A DNA stretch of 50,477 nucleotides from a virus (Duplodnaviria; Caudoviricetes): IMG/VR virus record IMGVR_UViG_3300003635_000004, positions 1 to 50,477 of that record; one strand, written 5' to 3'. The notes below the pieces were generated by a model. It was not told the origin of the DNA, made no database searches, and saw nothing but the letters and a program-made list of their open reading frames with translations. Position 1 is the stretch's first letter. Each line of letters opens with the position of its first letter. Shown in pieces: positions 44,867 through 50,477 of this stretch. Made by a program: the position numbers and the translations under genes.

Positions 44867-47428
44867 ATGACGCCGGGCCTCACCGCCTCACAGCAGCTCC
44901 CGGTTACTGCCGACGTTCGTGTCAGGATAGATGGGTCGACCCCCGCGGCACTCTGGCAGGAGATCGCGACGGCAGAGCACTTCCAGCGCGCGCTCATCGA
45001 CGCTGTTCGCGAGCTCCTCGTCGGCGTGCCCCATCACGCACGCCTACGGACGCTCGTCGATGCGGGCGTCACCGCCGCCGAGGGTGGATACGCATCGGTG
45101 ATCGCCGCGCTCGGCCGGCCGCCAGAGACCGAGCGGCACCAGCAGGCACTCACGACGACCGCTCGGTTTGGTGCTGCCGAGGCGTCGCTCCTGGGCCACC
45201 TCGACCTCGACGCGATCGCGGAGGGGCCACTCGCCGTCCTTGACGCTGTCGAGCGAGTGCCGACCATCGCCGTGCGGGTGTCGGACGCGTTTAGAGACCG
45301 CAGACACCAGGCCCGCGCCGATGTCCTCTCGCTGCTCGCCCGTCTCGGGCAGGCCTGCGATGTCCGCATCGTCACAGGGCGGCTGACCGCCCGCTGGCTC
45401 GCTACGGAACATCGGGCACAACTTCCGGCGGCGTTTAGCGAGTCGGTCGGTGCGGGGCAGGAGGAAGCCCCGCCCATCGACGAGGCGGTCGTCCAGGCCC
45501 GCGAGGCGTTCGCCCCCGACAGCCGCGCGGTGTCGATACTCCGGCGACTGGCCGATGAGCCGGTCGAGACGCTCGCCTACAGCGAACTTGTCGCGGTGAC
45601 AACCGTCTCGAAGAGTCGCGTCTCCCAGCTCTTGGGGCGCCTCGAGGAGTACTCACTCGTCGAGCGGTACGGCCCGCGGACTGACCAACGCGTCGACCTC
45701 CGACCAGCCGGATCGGCGTTCGTGGACGCTCTCGACGCCGATATCGGTCGACAGGCTGACCTCGATGCCGCGTTTAGCGAGACCGGACAGAAGCAGACAC
45801 AGTGCCGTGTAACCCCGCGCGCACACGTGACCCCCTCCCCGGACGGCGCCGACGCCGCTGACGGGGCGGCCGGCCCGTACCGAACCCGCTACTGCAACCG
45901 CCCGGCGCATCATGCCGCCGCTGCGACGGCTGAATCGGGGTCGATCACCGCCATCGAGGCGCCCTTCGACACCGCTGACCCCCGGACGCGGTGGGTATCG
46001 TACAACTACTGCCGTGACGAGGTCGTCGTCGCTGTCCAGGCCAAAACACCCCTCCAGTATGTGACCAGCACCGCGCTGAGTTTAGCGTCGCCACGGCTGT
46101 TCGACCGCGCCCTGCCGGTGGATCGCCTCGACGACATCGACACGCCGCCCGAGATTCTTCGGGATGCGCGGTGCATCGGCGGCCTCTCCAGCGAGGCAGC
46201 CGCGGACGGGCAGACGCTCCGCGATGCGTTGATCGAGTGGGGCGAGACAATCGCGGAGTCGACGACGAAACTCCGTCGCGGAGATCACGAGCAGGACCGC
46301 GACCGCTTCCGCAGCGAGATCATGCGCTCGGCGCACGGCCTCGCTGGGACGATCATCCACCTGCTCGATGTCGTCGGCGTCGACGTGGTGCGCGAACTGC
46401 GTGTGCCGGCCGGCCTCCCCCACGACCGCCTCGCCGGCATCGCGAAGACAGTGAGCATCGCGACGGCCATCCAGTCGGAGTATGCTGACCGCACGCTCTA
46501 CCGCCAAGTGTTCGAGCGACGCGAGGAGAAGCGAACGAGCGCCTTCGGCGTCGACGTCGATGCCGCCGACCCGCTGGGGCGGTACATCGGCGGGCTCGTA
46601 CTCCGCGGCCCAGACGCCAATCGGCTTGCCCGGCACGTTGAGGGGCAACTCCCCTCGCCCGCTCCGGTCCACGAGGACGCCCCCGAAATCGCGGTTCGGA
46701 TCTCCGTTCGGACGCCTGACCGCTCGACCTACGCCGAGACGGTCGCACGGATGGGCCGCGAGAAGCAGCTCGACCCGACTCGGGAAGCTGTCACCGTCTT
46801 TCGGGCACTCACTGGCTCACCCTACGCCGTTGCCGAGGCGATGCACGCGCTCGGTTCTGAGCCGGTTGCCCGTGATATCTGCCTCGACGAGGTCCGCGCG
46901 GCACTCGCGACGCTGGACGCTGACCGGTTGCTCCCCGCGGCGCCGCCGACGGTCGGGAAGACTATCCGGGCGCTACTGCGGTCGTCGACAGCGCTCACGA
47001 AGGCGGAGCTAGCCGAGGCGGCGGGTGTGTCGACGCGGTCGCTCCGCCGCCACGTGGACATCCTCGCCGCCCTCACGCTCGTCGAGGAGACCGACGACGG
47101 CCTTCGCGTCGCCCTACCGAGCCGCGAAGAGCGAGGCGACGCCATCGAGCCGGCAGTACTCGCGGATCGGCAGGCAGCCCGACAAGACATCCTGTTCGAT
47201 ATTGCGCTGACGCTGACGTCCGATGCCGGCCTCCCCGAGAGATTACGACAGGTGTGGACTGGCGGCTACGACGAGCATCGACTCCGAGCGGTTCTCCCCC
47301 GCATCGAGCCCTGGATTCGGGTCGCGAGGGCGCTGTGTGACGACCCGGATCCGACACCGGCCGCGATCACGGTGGGGAATCCGACCGCGCAGCAAGCGGT
47401 GCAGACTGCTACAGGAGGCTACACATGA
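44867..47428 (+). CDS. repH: RepH-like replication protein with two wHTH domains
   Basis: 853 aa; wHTH at LAYSELVAVTTVSKSRVSQLL and LTKAELAEAAGVSTRSLRRH; AHGLAGTIIHLLD segment recalled from haloarchaeal RepH-like proteins. Confidence 0.7.
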   Translation: MTPGLTASQQLPVTADVRVRIDGSTPAALWQEIATAEHFQRALIDAVRELLVGVPHHARLRTLVDAGVTAAEGGYASVIAALGRPPETERHQQALTTTARFGAAEASLLGHLDLDAIAEGPLAVLDAVERVPTIAVRVSDAFRDRRHQARADVLSLLARLGQACDVRIVTGRLTARWLATEHRAQLPAAFSESVGAGQEEAPPIDEAVVQAREAFAPDSRAVSILRRLADEPVETLAYSELVAVTTVSKSRVSQLLGRLEEYSLVERYGPRTDQRVDLRPAGSAFVDALDADIGRQADLDAAFSETGQKQTQCRVTPRAHVTPSPDGADAADGAAGPYRTRYCNRPAHHAAAATAESGSITAIEAPFDTADPRTRWVSYNYCRDEVVVAVQAKTPLQYVTSTALSLASPRLFDRALPVDRLDDIDTPPEILRDARCIGGLSSEAAADGQTLRDALIEWGETIAESTTKLRRGDHEQDRDRFRSEIMRSAHGLAGTIIHLLDVVGVDVVRELRVPAGLPHDRLAGIAKTVSIATAIQSEYADRTLYRQVFERREEKRTSAFGVDVDAADPLGRYIGGLVLRGPDANRLARHVEGQLPSPAPVHEDAPEIAVRISVRTPDRSTYAETVARMGREKQLDPTREAVTVFRALTGSPYAVAEAMHALGSEPVARDICLDEVRAALATLDADRLLPAAPPTVGKTIRALLRSSTALTKAELAEAAGVSTRSLRRHVDILAALTLVEETDDGLRVALPSREERGDAIEPAVLADRQAARQDILFDIALTLTSDAGLPERLRQVWTGGYDEHRLRAVLPRIEPWIRVARALCDDPDPTPAAITVGNPTAQQAVQTATGGYT

Positions 47429-47601
47429 CCGAGTTCTGCGACCACGACAAGGGCTGGAACGAGTACGATGCCGACGACCACCCAGATATCGGCGGGCGCA
47501 CAGTCCACGAGCGATGCCCGGCTGAGGACTGTGGCGTCCGTCGTCACCGCTGGCAGTCCCAGCCGACGCTCACGGACTTCACGGGAGGTGAGCCAGCGTG
47601 A
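47425..47601 (+). CDS. Zinc-finger microprotein with C-terminal PIP-like motif (58 aa)
   Basis: MTEFCDH...CPAEDCG...QPTLTDFTGGEPA; overlaps both neighbours. Confidence 0.6.
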   Translation: MTEFCDHDKGWNEYDADDHPDIGGRTVHERCPAEDCGVRRHRWQSQPTLTDFTGGEPA

Positions 47602-48260
47602 CGCGCATCACGGACTTCTCGGACATCCGCGTCGACCGCCCACTCGACCGCGAGACACTCCGGGCGACCGAGTGGGGCTTCCTCGTCACCTGCTACGACA
47701 CGCAGTGCGACTGGCAGGGCCTGTTCCCGGATCCCAACCTTGCGGCGACGGCCTGCGAACGCCACTGGGATCACGAGCAGCGGTCCGGGGAGTGGCACTA
47801 CGGTGTCCGGAACTACACGGTGATCGAACTGCTCGATACCGCAACCGCGTGTACGCTGGACCAGTCCGAACTCGGCCTGAGCGTCGAGGAGATCCGCCTC
47901 GGGACGACCAATGGCGGCGTTCGCGAGGTGGAGTTCCCGCGGACGACCGGCGACGTCTCCGAGCTGGTTGAGCGCGGTGATCGCGTCCGACTTCCGCCGG
48001 ACCGCCCCCAGAAGGTGACGAGCGTCGTCGAATCGCGGAGCTACGGCCTGCCGGTGTGGTCGGTTGGCTACTGCGATGTCGACGACGACCTCCTCTCGGG
48101 GAACCTACCACCACGGGGACAGAACGAACTGATCGCCCGCGACGGGCAGGCCTACCCGTCGTTCGGACCCGATCCACTCAGTTCGCCAGCGTTCGAGATA
48201 GTGGGGCAGACGGATCACCAAGCCGACCTGGGGGCGTTTTCGGGAGGCGAGACGGCATGA
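47598..48260 (+). CDS. Hypothetical protein with C2H2-like finger and C-terminal PIP-like motif
   Basis: CYDTQC..HWDHE; ends QADLGAFSGGETA. Confidence 0.65.
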   Translation: MTRITDFSDIRVDRPLDRETLRATEWGFLVTCYDTQCDWQGLFPDPNLAATACERHWDHEQRSGEWHYGVRNYTVIELLDTATACTLDQSELGLSVEEIRLGTTNGGVREVEFPRTTGDVSELVERGDRVRLPPDRPQKVTSVVESRSYGLPVWSVGYCDVDDDLLSGNLPPRGQNELIARDGQAYPSFGPDPLSSPAFEIVGQTDHQADLGAFSGGETA

Positions 48261-48463
48261 CCGACGACCTCCCCGACGCGACCGGCTTCGCCGGCTCGGC
48301 CGCCGAGGTCACACGCCTCGAAGGCGACACCGTGCCTGGCATCGTGCGGGGCACCTACCGCCCGGCACCGGACCGACACCCGAATACGGTGCGCGTCCTC
48401 GTCGAGGCCGAGGACGCCGACGGCCTGATCGACACGGACAGCAGCCGCGTGGAGGTGCTCTGA
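48257..48463 (+). CDS. Hypothetical protein (68 aa)
   Basis: SD GGAGG; ATGA overlap. Confidence 0.55.
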   Translation: MTDDLPDATGFAGSAAEVTRLEGDTVPGIVRGTYRPAPDRHPNTVRVLVEAEDADGLIDTDSSRVEVL

Positions 48464-49294
48464 ATGCAGACCAGCGACATCAGCTGGACCGACTACAGCT
48501 GGAATCCCATCACGGGCTGCTCGAAGATCGGTCCCGAATGCACCAACTGCTACGCCGAGACATTCTCGAATCGACAGGCTCAACGCGAGAACCCGCCCGA
48601 AGGAGCCACCGACAGGGCGTGGACCCACGAGAACGCCGACGAGAACGTGCAGCTGCATCCCGACCGACTCGACGAGCCACTCGAGTACAACTACCCGCTC
48701 GGCCCTGGCCGGGTGTTCGTCGGCAGCATGACCGACATGTTCCACTCCGAGTCCGATCCGGACCACGTCCAACAGGCGCTGGACCGCTGTGCCGAGGTTC
48801 CGGAGTGCCTCTGGATCTGGCTGACAAAGCGCCCGCATCGCGCCGCGGAATGGCCCCTCGACTGGCCAGAGAACACGATGCTCGGCGTCTCGGTCGGCTC
48901 CGGTCCTGGTGGCGAATATCCGAACACGACACACCGGATCGAACAACTCCGCGACGTCGACGCGCCGCAGAAGTGGGTGAGCTTCGAGCCACTCGTCGAC
49001 CCCGTCGGCGAGGTCGCGCTCGATCACATCGACTGGGTTGTCGTGGGTGGGGAGACTGGTCCCGCCGAGGTTCGGCGCGAGATGGAGCACGAGTGGGCGC
49101 GAGAGATACTGCGGCAGGCGCGCGAGGAGGACATCCCGTTCCACTTCAAGCAGTCGTCGGGGCGCTACCCGCACGAGAATCCCGCGCTGAGCGTGCTTCG
49201 GGGAGGAGTAACGGTCCAAAAGAAGATCCGCGAGGGGCCGCCGCTCCCCAAGACCGTCTTGGAGGCCCGCGGGGGTGACGATATCGATGAGTGA
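48464..49294 (+). CDS. DUF5131 / phage Gp37Gp68 family protein
   Basis: ISWTDYSWNPITGCSKIGPECTNCYA, VFVGSMTDMFH, LTKRP, SFEPL, WVVVGGETG, FHFKQ. Confidence 0.92.
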   Translation: MQTSDISWTDYSWNPITGCSKIGPECTNCYAETFSNRQAQRENPPEGATDRAWTHENADENVQLHPDRLDEPLEYNYPLGPGRVFVGSMTDMFHSESDPDHVQQALDRCAEVPECLWIWLTKRPHRAAEWPLDWPENTMLGVSVGSGPGGEYPNTTHRIEQLRDVDAPQKWVSFEPLVDPVGEVALDHIDWVVVGGETGPAEVRREMEHEWAREILRQAREEDIPFHFKQSSGRYPHENPALSVLRGGVTVQKKIREGPPLPKTVLEARGGDDIDE

Positions 49295-49859
49295 GCAGTC
49301 TGTGAGCGATATCGAACGATCCGGCCTCCTGGCGGACGACCGCCACGGCGCCATCCTCGACGAGGATCGGGAGTACCGCTACAGCCTGACGCGGACGTGG
49401 GACACCGAGAAGCCCACGCTCGCGTGGATCATGCTGAACCCGAGCACCGCCGACGAAACTGAGGATGACCCGACAATTCGGAGATGCATCGGTTTCGCCA
49501 AGGACCGGGGCTACGGCTCGATCGAGGTCGCTAACCTGTTCGCGCTCCGGGCGACAGACCCCGACGAACTCCAGCAACATCCGGCGCCGGTTGGCGAGGA
49601 GAATGACGCCCACCTCCAGCGCGTATGTGACCAGGCGGAGATGGTTGTCGCTGCTTGGGGGGCGAAGGGTGGACTACAGAATCGCGCCGGTGAAGTCGCG
49701 CAGTTGCTCGACGCTGATCTCTACGCGCTGGACACCACGGTGGAGGGCCACCCTGTTCACCCGCTCTACCAGCCGTCGGATGCAGAACTAGAGCCGTGGA
49801 ACGAGAGTCACCTAAAGCCGAACAGCGCGCAATCTGGAGGTGAATCTGATGGCGACTGA
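49287..49859 (+). CDS. DUF1643 family protein
   Basis: YRYSLTRTW, IMLNPSTAD..DDPTIRRC, NLFALRATDP, VAAWG, HPLY. Confidence 0.92.
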   Translation: MSEQSVSDIERSGLLADDRHGAILDEDREYRYSLTRTWDTEKPTLAWIMLNPSTADETEDDPTIRRCIGFAKDRGYGSIEVANLFALRATDPDELQQHPAPVGEENDAHLQRVCDQAEMVVAAWGAKGGLQNRAGEVAQLLDADLYALDTTVEGHPVHPLYQPSDAELEPWNESHLKPNSAQSGGESDGD

Positions 49860-49965
49860 CGCGGACCGCGAGGGGCGCCTCGACAACCTCGTAAAGAAAC
49901 TGAGCATCCCACGCGATGAGGCGCGAATCCTACTGGAGAACCTGGAGGCCGAAGATGGGCAGTAA
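49849..49965 (+). CDS. Hypothetical microprotein (38 aa)
   Basis: SD GGAGGTGA; MATDADREGRLDNLVKKLSIPRDEARILLENLEAEDGQ. Confidence 0.5.
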   Translation: MATDADREGRLDNLVKKLSIPRDEARILLENLEAEDGQ

Positions 49966-50477
49966 CGAGGCCTATGCCGAACGCTACTTCCGAACGTGGG
50001 AGCGTGACGGCCGTCGGCAGCTGGACGGCAAGCTCGCCCTCGCGTTCGACGACTACGACGAGCGCCGTTCTAGCCGCCTCGGAGCCCTCGACTGGGACGA
50101 GCACCATGCCACCTACAGTTCTCGACAGTCGATATCACCCGCGACGAGACGGGCGCCTGGACGGTCGACGACGACACAAAAACCATCGCCGCGCTGCGGG
50201 AGCGGGATATCGAGGTTCCGAACATGGACACGGTTCCGCTCGCACTCGATGTCAACCAGCGACGAATGGCCGAAGTAGACCGCACCTGCCCGGCCTGCCA
50301 CCACGACCGGCTCTGCAGCAAGCGCGACGTCGAGGGGGCCTATCCCCCAGCCGAGCGCGGGACGGCGATGCAGGCGTTCCTCGACTCTGAACAGGGAACC
50401 CACATGTGCGTCCACTGCCGGCGGTTCTTCGATATCCAGGTAACATCGACACAGTCGACGAGAGACGTGGGCGTCGA
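49955..50477 (+). CDS. Hypothetical zinc-finger protein, frameshifted near 50117 and 3'-truncated
   Basis: MGSNEAYAERYF..HATY then -1 frame FSTVDITRDETGAW..CPAC..CVHC open to the window end. Confidence 0.5.

Noticed and set aside
43314-44870. 518-aa + strand ORF and similar long antisense ORFs (e.g. 9833-11089, 13795-14973, 48215-49354)
   Set aside because: Shadow frames of high-GC genes; Val/Arg/Leu-rich, non-acidic, no motifs
1-50477. Terminal repeats or circular closure
   Set aside because: First and last bases do not overlap and both ends are mid-gene
1-50477. Absence of GATC or CTAG restriction motifs as in some haloviruses
   Set aside because: GATC is abundant and CTAG occurs repeatedly; only a proper k-mer count could show partial depletion

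Overview
GC-rich sequence encoding strongly acidic proteins; it reads as a near-complete genome of a temperate haloarchaeal head-tail virus with a contractile tail (myovirus, phiH1/phiCh1-like gene content). Both ends fall inside genes and there is no terminal repeat. Left half (+ strand): HTH-phosphoesterase, terminase, portal, MuF-like head protein, inserted HNH endonuclease, protease/scaffold, capsid, neck, sheath, tube, tail chaperone with a TTT-CGC +1 frameshift, tape measure, baseplate and two sets of fibre/adhesin genes. Then a leftward accessory operon (HerA-like ATPase), two PhiH1-type repressor genes each divergent from an early operon, a Cas4-like nuclease, an Orc1/Cdc6 paralogue, PCNA, a nucleotide kinase, an SNJ2-type tyrosine integrase with a tRNA-Met-like attP (so this is the excised/virion form), a RepH-like replication protein, DUF5131 and DUF1643. 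The most interesting signals are non-coding: (1) two sequence-divergent but structurally matching three-way-junction RNA leaders at the 5' ends of both repressor-divergent operons; (2) four copies of a 10-bp inverted repeat with an exact 23-bp spacer, linked to a TTTCCGGAACC box and TATA-like elements, in front of orc1, a candidate small RNA and a promoter firing antisense into the repressor, suggesting a variant of the SNJ2 Orc1-based induction switch; (3) an HNH cassette that appears to have replaced the 3' end of its target gene with a recoded copy. Four frameshifts (one in the tape measure gene) are probably sequence errors or decay. All product calls come from motif recognition and gene order by eye; no database searches were run.
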